From the human T2T-CHM13v2.0 reference genome, Homo sapiens, in the NCBI RefSeq assembly GCF_009914755.1, contig NC_060937.1: a stretch of DNA of 64,000 nt; one strand, given 5' to 3'. Within the stretch, counting starts at the first letter, position 1; each line of letters opens with the position of its first letter. The translations under genes were made by a program, and so were the position numbers. Of the stretch, positions 26,091-40,640 are shown piece after piece. The notes beneath the pieces are model-generated. The model made no database searches. It saw only the letters and a program-made list of their open reading frames with translations, and was not told the DNA's origin.

Positions 26091-29000
26091 CTCAGCTATT
26101 TTCCATTTGGGAAGCCCTTTACACTTGTTCCCATAGTACTCTGTGCTCCTTGTAAAGTGTTGACACTCATCTGCTTATAACTCAGTAGTATATAGCATAA
26201 ATCTGGGTCTGTAGTAGACTCAATGAATACTCTCAGAATCAGTGAATAAATTGGATAATTATGTCAATGAGTCTGTGAAAGAGCTGTGAAGATTCCTAAC
26301 AGTGACTATATGGTTTATATATTTACCTTCACATTAAGCAAAAATCACACCAACATTATTTACTTTATCTATAAAAATGATTAATATTCTTCTGGGCAAA
26401 AATGCTTAATATCATCATAGTGTATTCTCCAGGAGCCAAACCAACTATTTGCAGAAGATACAAACTCTATAAAGAAATGTTGCTGAGTCATTCTTCTTTT
26501 TCTGGATTAATTGTACATTTAATCAAATATTGGACTTGCTATTTCATGCAATGAGACAAGCAAATGTTAGGTGAATGCAATTTATTTGGTAAGAAATGAT
26601 TAAAACAATATGTTAAACTATTCACAGAGATCAAGGATTTCTCGGTGGGGTGTGCTTGTTTAAGAAAAAAGTAATAAATATATCTTTATGTAATGTCATT
26701 TTCAAAGGTATATGTAATATAAAATCAGTTTATACTACCTATATTTTTGTTTTTAAAGACATTTGTTTTTTATTACTATAGTTTAATAAAATTCTTTCTG
26801 CTAATTTATTCAACCAACCATGGTTAACTTAAATAGCACATAAAATTTTAGACAGATGTTACATTATAAATATCCAGAGTATAAATATCAAAATTATGCT
26901 TGCAAGTATAGAAAAGATTTATTTTTATTTTAAGTAATTATCACATTTTTGGAATGTATTACAGATAATTCTCAACTATCAGAGAGCAGGAATATGGATT
27001 ATCCAAACTATGAATAATCTAGAAGGCATTTGTGTCCAATTTGGGGATATATTTTTTGGCAACAAAACCACATTATTGCCTGTTACTTAAGCAAAAACTC
27101 AAATTAGGTTACATTTCCTGTGCAATAGGAAATGGTTCACCAGTTGAGCTGTAAAGTTAGTTGGTGAGAAATACATGGGCTTTGGGAGGAAGAAAAAGCC
27201 AATCCACTGGTAATAAATATGCTACAGTACCTTTATTGCCTCAATTTATTAGGAGGATTCTTATTTCTTTGATTTGGACCAGATTTCCTTTTCATAGACA
27301 CTAAGAATACTTTACTTTCTTTTCTTTAGTTTTGTCTGAACTAAGAATATTTAAAGAGATCAAGGGTACCAGTTAGCTGACTGCATCATACATTTTGCAG
27401 GATTAAATAGCAACTTTACATTTTTTTGTGTGTGGAAAAACTAAATGTATGCCTCTAACAAGAAAAGTTCAGTTATAAATAAATAGTAAATTATGCTCAA
27501 CATACACTGACAATAATAAGTATCTTTAAGTGAAGTCAAATTAATTCATTCTTATTTGCTTATTCATATAAAAACTAGTATATGAGTGCTATTTTTGAAG
27601 GATTCTATTGAAAGCTGAAGATACAGCAATTGTTAGAGTATCTATCCCTATAGATCTTACATTCTACAGGTAAGATTCTTTGTTTAAATGAAATAAAGTA
27701 TCAAATAAAATAACCTTGGGAAAATAGTATTAGATATTATAAATATTTTATAACTTGATTATTTCTACTTTGGTATCAATTATTCTTTATTTTGTTTTAC
27801 AGCATGATATGTATTCACTTGTTATTACTAGAACAGAAGAAGATGGGGTTGTGGGTGAGGATGGGCATCAGATGTAGACAAGGAGGCTATCTCTAGTGAA
27901 AAAGCTGAGGATTTCATTTTAGGGTTCAGAGAAAGGAGAATCGCTGTGTCACTTTTAATTAGCTTTGAAAAATAGTTGCTTCCAATGGATGGGGAACAAT
28001 AGTAGAGAACAGGAATGGTTTTCAGGGTATTTATTCAAAGTGTGGCACTGGAGACTCCATAGGGAGAATGGATCTAAAAGGCTAATGGGCAGCAGTAGCC
28101 ATTTTGGTCAGCTTATACAAATGTTGAAGAATTCACTTAGTAAACTCAATAATATAAAGGGAGGTGCTCACCAAACAAAATGGAATTTGTCTAAATTCAG
28201 GAGGTTAATACAATTTGTAGGTACATGGGATAGGGCTCTAGACTTGAATGAAACTAGAAACAATAAGAACAAGGAGAACCATAAAAAAGGCAACCTAGAT
28301 TATCTGTCTTACACTGTAGACTGGCTCATCAGTGAGAGTGGTTTGCCTCGGGAAGCATGAGTTTCTAAGGTGGTTGTCATTGAGATGAAGAAGTGGTCTC
28401 CACTGGACTGGAGTGACATGGGAGTGGAGGTGAGAATTTGAGAGTAGTTCTAGGTTATTAATAAGTATACCAGCATTTCCTTAGGGTATTAGCAAACCAA
28501 AACTCAAACTTTTGATGGAGGAAATTTTTGGTGTTTCATCCTTCATAAAAATACCAAAGCAGTCATTCTGAGACATAATATGCAATGTCAGACATTATGC
28601 AATGTCAGAATATTTCTGGGTTAGTAACAATAAGATTTTTAAACTTATACATGAGGAAGGTACCCTAATGTTTTGTAAGTTTTGTGTGCTTCTAACAATA
28701 TCATACTAGCCCTAGCTGTGTCTAAGTGTGTATTTTGAGAATGACAGGATGGCTATTGTACAAAATGTGCCTTTACTGTTATCTAACCTGAACCTATAAA
28801 TGTAATGGACAGTGGAAAGTTGGTTGATTTATTATTTTTATTGTTTATAAGATCACATCTGTCATCCAGGCAATTGAGACATGTGAAAGTGACAGTGACA
28901 GTTGCCAGCATATTGGAGGTGATCAATAATCAATAACAAACTTCATTTCCTCCCCCTTTTCTTCTTTTTAACTTCCTGTATTACTTTTTCCCTACTTTTT

Positions 29001-31497
29001 TTCTAATATTGCTAACACTCTAAGTCAACTCCTTAAACATTATATCTATAAGTCAACCTTTAACGCAGAAAACAGAAACCTCTCTGCTTATATCAAGCAG
29101 AAATGAATTTAATGTAGTGAGTTAGAAGCTTACTGATTCCTTAGTAGTCGTGGAGGTGCCACAGTGAGCAGGCCATCATTCTAATAATGGTCAAAAGTAA
29201 TACCAACTATCTTCTATCCAGAATACAAGAAGATAGTGTTGCTACTACAGCCACCAAGATTGGCCAAAAGTGCTTGTCGTTGCCCAGAAAGGTGGGAACT
29301 AGATATTAGATTTCTGAGTCTGATCATCAGTGCTTTCTTATGTCTCATCATCTTACTAGAAGAGGACACAGCAGCAGGAGAGAGCTTCAGCTTCATCTCT
29401 GCCTTCTAAGCCTTATATGTTTGCAACTAATTAGGAAACTTTACTTGTATCCAGACCCTGTTTCTAAGAGGGTTGGGAAAGGTTGTTTTCAGCTTAATAT
29501 CACTAAATTTAATGAAGGTGGATTGCAGACTGGGAGAGCCAAATTGAATATCTATGACAAGCTGATGTACTTATTTATGTTGACCTCCTGTTGCTTATTC
29601 CTATTCTTTCATGTTATTCCTGGCTTTTAGTCAATGTATATCCCTAACCATGCAAAATCTCATTTCTGTCCTGTTGTGTAAGTAAACTAGCAAAATTTAT
29701 ATTTTCACAAAGTTGTTAGCTAGCATATGAACTGTATTATTAACTTCTAGAACACTTTTCTACAACTTATAGAAGAAATACTCTATAGGGTTAAAATCAT
29801 ACTTTATGTACATAAACAAGTACTTATGAATTATAGACCTAGAGATCACTATTAAACAAGTGTTATTTCTATAATGAAATTCATAATTGCAATCAAATTG
29901 TGCAATTATTGAATAACTAGTATGATCTAAGGTAGACTATAAAGCTAAATGTCCTTAAATTTCATACATGCTCCTAAATTGATTTTTAAATCCACTTTTA
30001 TCTATTAATTAAGAGGTAAGACATCTATCACTCAGGAAAATCTTTCTTATATACATAATATCATGGACCTTGAGTTTCTGTTGTCTTACTTTTAAAGAAA
30101 CTAGCAAAATATTGTTTAAAATAAATGATAAAACATCAGCAAGCAGGAAACATTTGTATTATAAAAACAATATAGTTCATTCTTCTAGTCACTTTTACTA
30201 TAATTTTCTTTCCCCTGTATATGGTCTGACTCTATATAACTACATGCAGTCTGATATCATCCTATCTTAAAGTGTTAAAGTTGACTTCAAAAAAATAAAT
30301 AAGATTATGTCCATCTTAATTATAATTCTAACACAAATTTCCCTTAATCTTTTAAACTGCAAATGCAATTATTTTTCCCATATTATTATTTTGCTAAGTT
30401 TGATGACTTTATTGACTATCACAATTCTTTTTTCATTTGCTATCCCTGCCTCTATAATAAAATGGGTTTATAAAACTAGGGTTTAATCAGATAATCTGCT
30501 ATAATATCTACTTTCTCTTTTGGATGAATATTTTTACTCTGCTTGAAGCATGCTCTGTTATTAGAGTCTGTGAAGCTGTGTTGTCCCTTAGCTCAGAATG
30601 ATGGACCCAAGAGTCTGATGTTGTATTTACTGCATGAACAACAACTTAATTAAGTGTTGCTGTTGAAACATCACCAGAGCTTTGTTTCTGGTATTACACT
30701 CAGGCATGTATCACATTGTTTTGACACATGCATTGGGAGATTTGCTTTGTAGTTAGTCGTGTTTTTGGAATACTACTGGTAGACAAAGAAGAAAAGAATA
30801 ATTCTACTGGTACATCAGGGAAAATGCTCTCAGATTAAAAAATAATTATACTTTTTGATTATAAAAGACGGGGTCAAGAGCAAAATTTTCTTCTCAGAAC
30901 ACTGTCAGTAAAACTAAAGTTCCTCTCATGACATTTAATGGTTTAAAAGCGTTTTTCCCCCACTTTTGTAAAGATTAACAAAATTAAATATGAAAATACT
31001 TCTTTTTATATTGCATTTATCTCTCTACGAGTCTTATATATCTAAACCAATTTGATATTTTAATTTTAGGTTGCTATTTATTATGATAAAATTCTATTTT
31101 AAACAGAATTCCATGTTGTAAAGCAGGAAAGGTTTGGAAAAAGAGAATAATACATGAATATATTTTTACACTCCTCTTCAAAAAGGTAAACAAATTTTCA
31201 CTTCCTGGTATGCTCAGAAAATGCACCTGAGATTAAGAGGAATTAAATACATCAGAGTCGAAACACTAGAATGCTTAACATCATTAGCGTCAGCCTCATA
31301 TTGGAGATTTGGAGATTTGAAGATTTGTACCATTGTATAACAAACATCCAAAAACTTGAAAAAAGAAAGCTACTAACTAAAAAGTAAGGAGAGATTTCTT
31401 CAAAGACAGCTTGGCCTGGAATCTCTAGACAAGACAGGCCAGATGATCTATGAAGGAAAGTGCCCCACAGGGGACTCAGAACATTAAAAATCTATGA

Positions 31498-31804
31498 GGC
31501 TGGGTGCAGTGGCTCATGCCTGCAATCCCAACACTTTGGGAGACTGAAGCAGATGAATTGCTTGAGCCCAGGAGTTTGAGACCAGTTTGAGCAACGTGGG
31601 GAAAACCCGTCTCTGAAAAAATATAAAAACTAGCCAAGTGTAGTGACGTGTGCCTGTAATCGCAGCTACTCAGAAGGCTGAGGTGGGAGCTTTGCTTGAG
31701 CTTTGGAGGTAGAGCCTGCAGTGAGCCGTGATCATGCCACTACACGCCAGCCTGCATGACAGAGAGAGACCATGTCTCAAATAAAAATAAAAAATAAAAA
31801 AAAA
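31498..31804 (+). mobile_element. AluJ
   Basis: Dimeric Alu with J-type ttgcttgagcccaggagtttgag and an A-rich tail. Confidence 0.92.
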
Positions 31805-32599
31805 GATGAAAAAAACTAATTTTTCTCAAAAGTTTTCTTATGTTTCTTTTATCTCATAATAACCCCTATTCAAGTCCAGTGATAAATGACAGTGACTAAA
31901 CAAGGTCTGGTTTTCCTCAAAGGTAGGAAAATATTGGACCTCAAGTCAAGGTACTCAGCTTAAGCAACCTTCTTAAGCTCTTGCTAGAAAGAGAGCGAGA
32001 AACCCATTTAGAACAATCATATTTAAACTGCCCTTTATGATTAATGATCCATCAAGTCTACTTAATTCAAGTATTAAATCAGGTCTGTTCTAAAATTTCA
32101 TATATATTTGAGAAAAGTGTGTTTACATTAAGATTGTATTATTCAATATGTGATTTTTGTGTAACTGAGTATGTTGCCATGCATGTTTACATCTTTATAT
32201 ATATATGTATTTGTTATTGCATTATAAAACATTTCTATGTTCTAAGCTAGTATTTTATCTCAAAATTCTAAATATCAATACATACTAGGTATTATGTGAC
32301 AATGTTTCACCAAAGTAGAAGGAACAGGAGAGAGCAGAAACAAAGCTTTTCCAGAATGTGCCAGAAAGTTGTCAAGGATTATACAAAGGTAGAAAATTAA
32401 ACATGCTAGTAAGCATGGCTAAAATCAAATAAATCACCTACAATTCCCTCCAAAATGGCTCTGAACTCAGAGAGTTTATTCAAATTGCATTTACAGTTTC
32501 AATGGACAGAAAATTCTTATGTTATATAACTATTCCAGAGCAAAGAAAATATGATACCATACTAACAATATTCAAATAGAAATTAGAAACCAGCTCCAC

Positions 32600-33284
32600 T
32601 GGATCATCTATTAAGCCATTGATTCTGAGCTCCAAAGCCACCTTTCTATACACTTTTGCATTGTTGGGGCTGGGCATCCAAAGACTGCCTTTCTTTTTTG
32701 TTGGCTGCTGCTTGTTAATTGTCAACAATAAAAGGTATCAAAAGAAGAAAAATGAAAGGTAGGAGGGGAAATGAGCATGCTTTATTTACCGTTTTTCTTG
32801 CTGTCTCTGTCAGCATCATCTCAAAAAGATTTTCGCCCCAGAGTTAATTTAAAATCTAGTGTTTTTATTTGATTTTGTTACAACCTCCCAGAAACAGTTG
32901 CAATCCTGCACCTTCAGCAGTACCAAGACCAGGTGGCCAGTGCCTCCTTCTCAGAGTTTCAGCTCTTCAAGGGGCCTTCTCCAAGTTCTTGAGGTACAAA
33001 CAATACCTCCTCGGAGGTCTAGAACCCAGCTCTGTCAGGCCTCTTCTGCTATATTCCAGGTTCTGGTAACAACCATATCTTGACTTTGCTCCTCCTGTCT
33101 GAGCAGAGATAGCAGCTTCTTTAGTTGCTACCTCTGTGTTGTCTCTCTGCTCCTTTTTGGATGTTTTTTTTTTCCCCCCGGCTTGCTCTCTAGTTCTGGA
33201 ATTACCAATTCCCTATGTAAAATTATCTTTTAAAAACGATCTGATATGGTTTCTATTTTTCTAGACTAGACCTTGATTGGTCCA
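32600..33284 (+). mobile_element. LTR33-like ERVL LTR
   Basis: agctccaaagccacctttctatacacttttgc...tggggctggg at the start and tggtttctatttttctagactagaccttgattg at the end. Confidence 0.65.
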
Positions 33285-33449
33285 TTTGTATAAATACAGG
33301 TAAAACAACCCTAAATGAAATGCTACCAAACTAAACTTATAAAAAAGGAAATTTTTAAAAAGCTGGAGTAGGAAGAGGAGCTAAGAATGAGAAAATGAAG
33401 AAACTATTACAAAGATAGAGGGTGTGTTTAATGAGGGCTAAGATGGATA

Positions 33450-34200
33450 AATCAAAATGTATTTATTTATGTAGTTAATCACATTAAAAATATAATGGAA
33501 AAATTATCTGATTATTTTAGTAGAATTTGAAAAGCTTTATGTAAAACAAACATCCATTCCCAATAAAAATTCTAGTAAAATAAAAAATCATCATGATTAA
33601 ACTAATACTTTTTCTTGCTAATAGCCAGCACTATACAAGCAAGGTAACCTTTGTACCCTTCCCATAAACTCAGGAATAGGACAATGGTACACATTTCTGT
33701 CACTATTACTTATTATTATTCTTAATGAAATCAGTATAATGAACATAGGAAAATAAATTAAAATTATAACTATTGGAAAAGAGGAAAAATATTTTCATCC
33801 TTAGATAATTTTATAAATGTTTGCTTAGAAAGTGCTAGAGAATCAGGAGAAAATTTGTAGACATTTTTCCATCCCAAGTGGAAAGAATAAACCTTGCAAA
33901 TATGTTAATTTTCCAAACTAATTTATGAGTGCAAAAGTCACTGAAATAGAATCTCAGCAGTATTTTTTGTGTGACTCAGCCCAATAATTCTCAATAAAAT
34001 CATTCTGAATTTGTTGTAAAAAGACAAATGGATAAGAATTATAAATTTAAAAGAATAATACAAATGAGAATACCTTTTCTCTCCCTAATTAAACCATATC
34101 TTAAAGCTATAATAATTAAAACATTTTTTACTGATCCCCCAATAACATGAAAAGCCATTTGAACATTTTAGAAAAATAATGCATATGATAAAATTGGCAC
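33450..34200 (+). mobile_element. Ancient L1M ORF2 remnant
   Basis: A-rich, with motifs gaaaagctttatgtaaaa...catccattc and cccataaactcaggaataggacaatgg resembling the L1 RT region. Heavily decayed. Confidence 0.55.
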
Positions 34201-34225
34201 TTCAAAGTGGTGATTTTTTATTAAC

Positions 34226-34892
34226 TAATATAGTTTAATATTTGCCCCTCCAAATCTCATATTGAAATGCAATTCATAATGTTGGAGATAGAGCCTCGTG
34301 GGAGGTGTTTGGGTCATGGGAGTAGATTCCTCATGAATGGCTTGATGCTATCCTTGAGATAGTGAGTGAATTCTCACAAGATCTGGTTGTTTCAAAGTGT
34401 GCCCGCATCTCCCCACTCTCTTTCTTGCTCCTGCTCTATGTGACATGCCTGCTCCTACGTCACCTGAGGCCCTCACCAGAAGTGGAGCAGATGTTGGTTC
34501 CATGCTTGTACAGCCTGCAGAACTATGAAACTATTAAATCTCTTTTTTTTTTTTATTTTATTGAGACAAAGTCTCACTCTGTCATCCAGACTCCAGTGCT
34601 GTGGTATGATCACAGTCTCAACCAATCCTCCCACCACAGCTTCCTGAGTAGCTGGTACCACAGGCCCACATCATAATACCCAGCTAATTTTTTAAATGTT
34701 TTATAGAGATAGCATCTCACTACATTGCCCAGGTTGTTCTCAAACTCCTAGGCTTCCTAGCAATCCTTCTGCCTCAGCCTCCCAAAATGCTAGGAATATA
34801 GGCATGAGCCTCTGTGCCTGACAACCTCATTTCTTTATAAATTACCCAGCCTCAGGTATTTATTTATAGCAATGCAAAAATGGCCTAATACA
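34226..34892 (+). mobile_element. MST (MSTB-like) MaLR solo LTR carrying a nested Alu
   Basis: cccctccaaatctcatattgaaatg...ataaattacccagcctcaggtatt...ctaataca. Perfect 5-bp TSD ttaac at 34221-34225 and 34893-34897. Confidence 0.9.
34543..34822 (-). mobile_element. AluJ inserted in the MST LTR
   Basis: Degraded dimeric Alu reverse complement that interrupts the MST near its poly(A) signal. Confidence 0.88.
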
Positions 34893-35518
34893 TTAACTAT
34901 ATTTATGCTTGTATGGAAAACTAAGTAATTTTTTAAAATCAAAATTATACAGCAGTCTCATGACATATACCAAAAAACAGTTAATAAAACGAAACATTAA
35001 CTGTTCAAAATAACATTAAAAGAATATGTTATTTTGTGAATTCAAAGCTGAGTATTATAAAGCAAATTGAGGCAGACAAAAAAATGGAATATGATTAGAA
35101 CATATATGAAAGAAAAATAAGTGCCTAAAGCAAATCACTAATAAAAAGATGTATTTTTCCCTAAATATTAAAAAAGGCACAAAGAGGCAATTTCTAACAG
35201 AAATAGGGCAAAGTTAATGTAGTCCGGAGAGGCTGGATACAGTTGTGGTAAGAAATAACTCCGAAATTGCAATGGATTCAAGAACGAAGGGTTTATTTCT
35301 TGCTCACATTGCACGTAATGGCTTAAAGCAAAAAGGGGCTTATTTCTTGCTTGCATCAAAGGGCAAGTGTGGGATCAGTTCTGCATTCTCTTCATTCTAT
35401 GCTCTGCATTCTCTTCATTCTATGGTCTGCCTTCTGCCTAAGAGGACATCTTTATCTTTGCTCTATTTCATTGGTCAAAGCAAGTCATGTGTCTACTTAT
35501 ACGTGCTCATATATTTTT

Positions 35519-35703
35519 GTTTTGTTTTGTTTTGTTTTGAGACAGAGTCTCGCTCTGTCGCCCAGCCTGAAGTGCAGTAACTTCATCTCAGTTCACTGCA
35601 ACCTCTGCCTCCCATGTTCAAGAGATTCTCCCGCCTCAGTCTCCCGAATAGGTGAGGTCAGGAGTTCCAGACCAGCCTGGCCAACATGGTGAAACCCAGT
35701 TTC
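35519..35703 (-). mobile_element. AluS, 5'-truncated with a 5' inversion
   Basis: Right-arm 3' part on minus (35519-35651) joined to a left-arm piece on plus (35653-35703). 15-bp TSD tgctcatat(a/g)ttttt at 35504-35518 and 35704-35718. Confidence 0.9.
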
Positions 35704-36389
35704 TGCTCATATGTTTTTCTACATGCCAGTTCTTAGTAGATGGAGCAACGTTTAGAAACTACTCCACATTTTCCTTTTAATCACATTTGATCAGAACCAA
35801 ATAAATGTCAAAAGAGGTAAAACAGTTATAATTATCCTTTTATTTTGGTCAAAGTAGTTATAGAAGTGGATGCAGAAGGAGAGATAAAGAAGCTACCTTA
35901 CCATTATCCAAAGGGTATAAAATATTTGAACTGATAAGAAGCAAAAATTATTTACTGAACATTTCCAGCTAAGATTATTACAAATTCATACAGAATAAAA
36001 GGTTAAATAACAGAGTAAAGCATGGAAACATTTTACACATCTGATGTGTTAAACTTGCATCTGTAAATTAACACTTTAATATTCTTCAAGAAATAGTATG
36101 CAATCTATTTACGTAGTCATGAACATTAGGCAAACAAAATCTGCTGAATTACAAATGAGATTATTTTATTTTAACATAGTGTTCTGAAGGGCTAGAATAT
36201 AAATTACTATTACTACTTATAAAATAATGTGACATTAACAACTTTTGTCTGATAAAGAGAACATAAATCTGTTATCTTTTGAAATTCCTCCCTAAAGTAA
36301 GAAAACATTTGGGAGATAAACCTCACCTGACAAAAGCTGCTGTATTTAATACTCAAAAAATTTAGTAATGGTTCCCTTCCTTTAGGGCT

Positions 36390-37587
36390 GTGTCAGGATA
36401 GATTAGACTACATCAGGATAGCAAAGAACCCCAAAATCTCAGTTGCTTAAAATAACAGAGATGTATTTCTCATTTGTGCAGCCAGTGAATGTTCTGAGCA
36501 ACCATACAGTACAGTTCTTCTTCATGTACTGGATATTTTACCTATATGCTAACCTGTAACACTATGTCCGTGACGAGGAAGAAAAAACAAGTTGGAGTTG
36601 ATCTTTGATAATTAAATATTTCCATCTAAAATTGATATGTATAACTTTAGGTCAAAGTCATTGACCACATCTCTCTTCACGTAGATAGGTGCAACTGAAA
36701 CAGGAAAAGTTGCCTTGTCCCCCTCGCAAGGCGTGCGACAGGGGAAGTAGCTGGCTTCTTCAGTGCCCCGCTGCTCACACCTCTTGGGGAGCAACAGAGG
36801 TTCAAACCTCTTGCGGGGCATACAGCCGGCAAGCTGTGGGGCTCTGACCCCAGGGCAGTGTCTAGAGTGGATGTTTATAGCTGAAGCCCCAGAGGGCACG
36901 TGCTACCGTGTGCTCTTTTAGTTTTGCCGTCTATAGGCGGCTTATGTTAACCAGCTCAATTAGACTCTCTGCCTTGTCACAAGGACAGAGGGCTTTCTGT
37001 AACCTGGGTTCTTGTCTTGGTGTACCGGAAGAATAGGATCGCACCTGGGCTTGGAGAATGAGTGCAAGGTTTTATTGAGTGGAGGTAGCACTCAGCAGAT
37101 TGGGGAAGCCAGAAGCCAGTGGGAAGGTTTTCGTCGGGCTGCTCAGCGGCCTGGGCTCTCCTCCGACTGCCCCAGCCAAACTCCACCGTGTTCTGCTTCT
37201 GCCAGTCAATGGCCTACCTAAGTGCCCGTGCCAGTCAGTGTTCCTCTCAACATCCAGCTGCCCGTGTGTTCCTCTGCTGGTGTGCACCTCTCAACGTCCA
37301 GCCACCTGCGTCTCTGCCTTGCTAGGGTCTTGGGTTTTCATAGGGGGCACGGCAGGCCAGGGTGGTCTCGGGAAAATGCAACATTTGGGCAGGAAAACAA
37401 AAATGCCTGTCCTCACCTAGGTCTATGGGGGTGGAGCCCTAGCCAGAGACCACGCCCTTCCCCCTTCGGTATCATTTAAAGGGACCATACTCTTCCCTTC
37501 CCAGCACTTCCCTACTGCATCACAATTTATCTGTCTGCCCATAAGAAATAAATTGAATATTACTGAATAGTAGGAATGTCTATCACA
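36390..37587 (-). mobile_element. Old MLT1 (K/L-like) LTR split by the LTR1-family insertion
   Basis: aaccccaaaatctcagttgcttaaaataacagagatgtatttctc on the left. The element resumes after 37522 and ends ...gaatgtctatcaca. Confidence 0.6.
36696..37522 (-). mobile_element. LTR1-family (ERV1, HUERS-P2 type) solo LTR
   Basis: TG...CA termini. Minus start tgatgc...gaagtgctgggaagggaagag...tggtccctttaaatgatac, AATAAA on minus at about 37071-37076, and a 4-bp TSD caac/caat. GC-rich against the AT background. Confidence 0.85.
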
Positions 37588-40165
37588 GGAATGTCTTGAA
37601 AATATTTTAATATAAATAATTTAAATTAGGAATCACTAGGATTGCTTATAACAGCATGCCTCACACAATCATATGCACACACACTGATTTACTCCATACA
37701 TCTCTGTAAATAATACAATAATATGGCAGTGTAGGGCTTTAGTTCACTGAGCTACTTCAGCATAAATTAGAAGGGGAATGCATAAGTTTTTTATCAGATG
37801 GTTTAATAATACATAGGAAAAAAATCTTCAATTTTGAGTGAGAATCATCTAATGAAAGAAGGTCCAGAATAAAATGTGGATTATCCACCCTGAGTGATGA
37901 TCTTTCATGTGTGTCTGAAAGCACTTTTATTTTCAAAACCATAAATGTATCAAATTGAGAAGAAAAATCTCCATGCAAAGCACCCACATATACAGTAGTT
38001 TTATGAATTGCTGCTAATCACAGAATTCAATGATATACTACGTCTTTCACTCATCTGCTCCTGCTACCCGTGACTATTCTATCAGCAGGAATTATCTGGA
38101 GAACTTTATTTGGGACATTCAACTTCTGTTTATGTTTCTCCAGCCTCTGCTGCTGTCAACAGATTCCAGCGACCTGATTATATGTATCTTTTGGTTTCTG
38201 AATTTGGTTTGCTTATGAATTCTTCTAGCTCATGGCTTTAGTTTACTCATAGCTTCTGCTAACTCACTGTCTCTACTTTCCCAAGGTCTCTGTATGTCTC
38301 ACCAGATGGCATTCCAATCAATTGCTGATATTTTTCTGTACTGTACAGTATTTTTTAAATAAAATGTCTAATTTAACCATAACTATATTATGCCTATTTG
38401 GGTAGAATGTCAATTGTAAGCTTCTTCATACAAATTTTATTGACCTGTCTATTGGTTTTCCTTTAATCAATTTCTCATGTCAAGCCCATCAGATTTTCCT
38501 GAGAACAACACTCGCATAAAAACAAACACTGTTCTCTATATTTCAGAAATTCTTTAGGTTCACTACCAAAAGCAGAGATTATAATCAGAGATCATCTCAG
38601 AAAATCATTGTAGACATAGCTGGTTTTACAAAACTTACTTAATTTGACCAAAGTAATACCTATTATGCATTACAGTAAGTTATATATACATAATAGAAAC
38701 AAAAAATGTAAGAGAATTTTCAAGAGATAAGCAACACTTACACCAATCATATGATATAAAACATTCTTAGAATAAAGAATTCTGGATAATTAATGCCAAA
38801 AAATATATATGTTATGTTTGCCCTATCTGCATTTTGTTCTAACCTTTCTTTAATTTATTATTTATTGCTCTAATCCTCTACCTCATTGTGCATATGGCCT
38901 CATACTTTTCAATTGACAACCACTTTCCTCTAACTCTTATAATCTGAAGAGATCCTCTGACCCCATAGATTATGTTGGATCCAGGAATAAAATCCCACTG
39001 GGTAATGCATGTTTATAAGTTCTAAAGTATACTTTATTAGCATATAAATTGAAAATAGAAACTTTGATCAGGTTGTTTAATGAAAAACACCTCTTAGTAC
39101 AAATGAAAAACTATTTTCTTATTCCAGGTTGCTAAAACAAAAAAAAAACAACAAAAACTACTTATGTGATTACTGCAAAAGGTGACAGGAGACAGGAAAT
39201 CAAAGTAATGGCTGAACCAATCAACCTTTTGAAAAAAATCTTAGGTTAACTCTGGGCAGGTAAATAGCTGGCTACATGTGTAGACAGAAACCCTTCCAAT
39301 AATGTTTCTGATGTCAAGGTCTCTTGGGCAATAAAGACTTCCCTGTGATGAAGTCCATTAGGCACCAACCTTATTAAATACGGCACACACAATTAGCTCT
39401 GAGTGACTACCTCCAGTCTTCTCTCCAGTGACAATGCAACAAATCTTCATTTTTCCAATAGGGAGTGATAGGTCTTTGATCAAACCTTCTAACTTTAATT
39501 TCCCTGGGTTAAATACTTTCCTAGGAAGCCTTTTTTGGGGGGAACTAACTAACATCATATGAACATCTGTTTATTTTTCTTTTCATCCAGGTCATTTTCA
39601 TTCTGCTTCCAAATACTATAATTGAAGAATCAACAACTTCACTAAGGGTTATTGTGGGATGCCAACATTTATATTATAAAACAATGTGTTAAATTTCAGA
39701 AAAAAGTATAAACAAATTCATATCACTATGTATAATTTTCTTCATTCATTTTGAGAGACTACATTAATTTAAATAATAATTCTCAGTGTACGTGCAAAGG
39801 ATAGCTTGCTAAATCACCAACTCAAAATCCAAGAATAAATAGAATAAGCACGTGTTACTGAATGTGAGAAGATGGGAAATCAAAGGATACTGGTTTATAT
39901 ATGAGTGTCCTCTACAGAAACAATTTAAAAAACTGCCACAAAATAAAGTGATACAATACAGTAATTGAAAGAAATTTTTGTGTAAAACCCAAAAATGTAT
40001 ACTTTGAGAGAAAAACATACACTATTATTTAAACTCATACACAATAAAAGTATGCCAGGTAGAAAAAATGAGAGACATCAGATTTGCATAAAAGTCATAA
40101 TACTGCCAGCAGATGAGAAAGAATTATATAGAAAATTACAGAAGTATAGAAAATATAACTGTTGC

Positions 40166-40328
40166 TTTTATTTTTTTTTCCTGAGACAGGGTCTCACTCT
40201 GTCACCCAGGCTGGAAGGCAGTGGTGAGTCATAGTTCACTGCAGACTCAAACTTCTGGGCTCAAGCAATCCTACTGCCTTAGCTTCCCAAAGTCCTGGGG
40301 TTACAGGCATCAGCCACCATGCCTGGCC
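40166..40328 (-). mobile_element. Monomeric Alu (FRAM-like)
   Basis: Single ~160-bp arm with the right-monomer insert, ending gcctggcc. Confidence 0.85.
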
Positions 40329-40399
40329 GTTTCCTTGACAAATTTAGTCTAGAAATCCAAATGGAAGGAAAGGATTATATTAGAGGTTCTCAAGAATGC

Positions 40400-40640
40400 T
40401 GTATTAATTTCCTATTGTGGTTGTAACAAATAATAACAAATTTAATAGCTTAAAACAACATAAATGTATTACCTTCAGTTTTGGAAATCACAAATTCTCC
40501 AGAAAATGGGCCTCATTAGCTAAGGTCAAGGTGTCAGCAGAGCTCATTCCTTTGTAGAGGCTCTAGATGAGAATCTATTTCCTTTCCTTTTCTGCTTCTA
40601 AAGGCTATCCTCATTCCTTGGCTTGTGGCCCTTTCCATCA
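40400..40640 (-). mobile_element. MLT1D-like MaLR LTR fragment
   Basis: tgtattaatttcctattgtggttgtaacaaat...gcttaaaacaac...caaggtgtcagcagagct...cattccttggcttgtggccc. Confidence 0.8.

Noticed and set aside
35380-35424. 23-bp tandem duplication (similar ones at ~28580 and ~59762)
   Set aside because: Two-copy slippage duplications without spacers, not CRISPR-like.
36612-37479. Dense overlapping ORFs in a GC-rich island
   Set aside because: Explained by the LTR1-family LTR, not a gene or CpG-island promoter.
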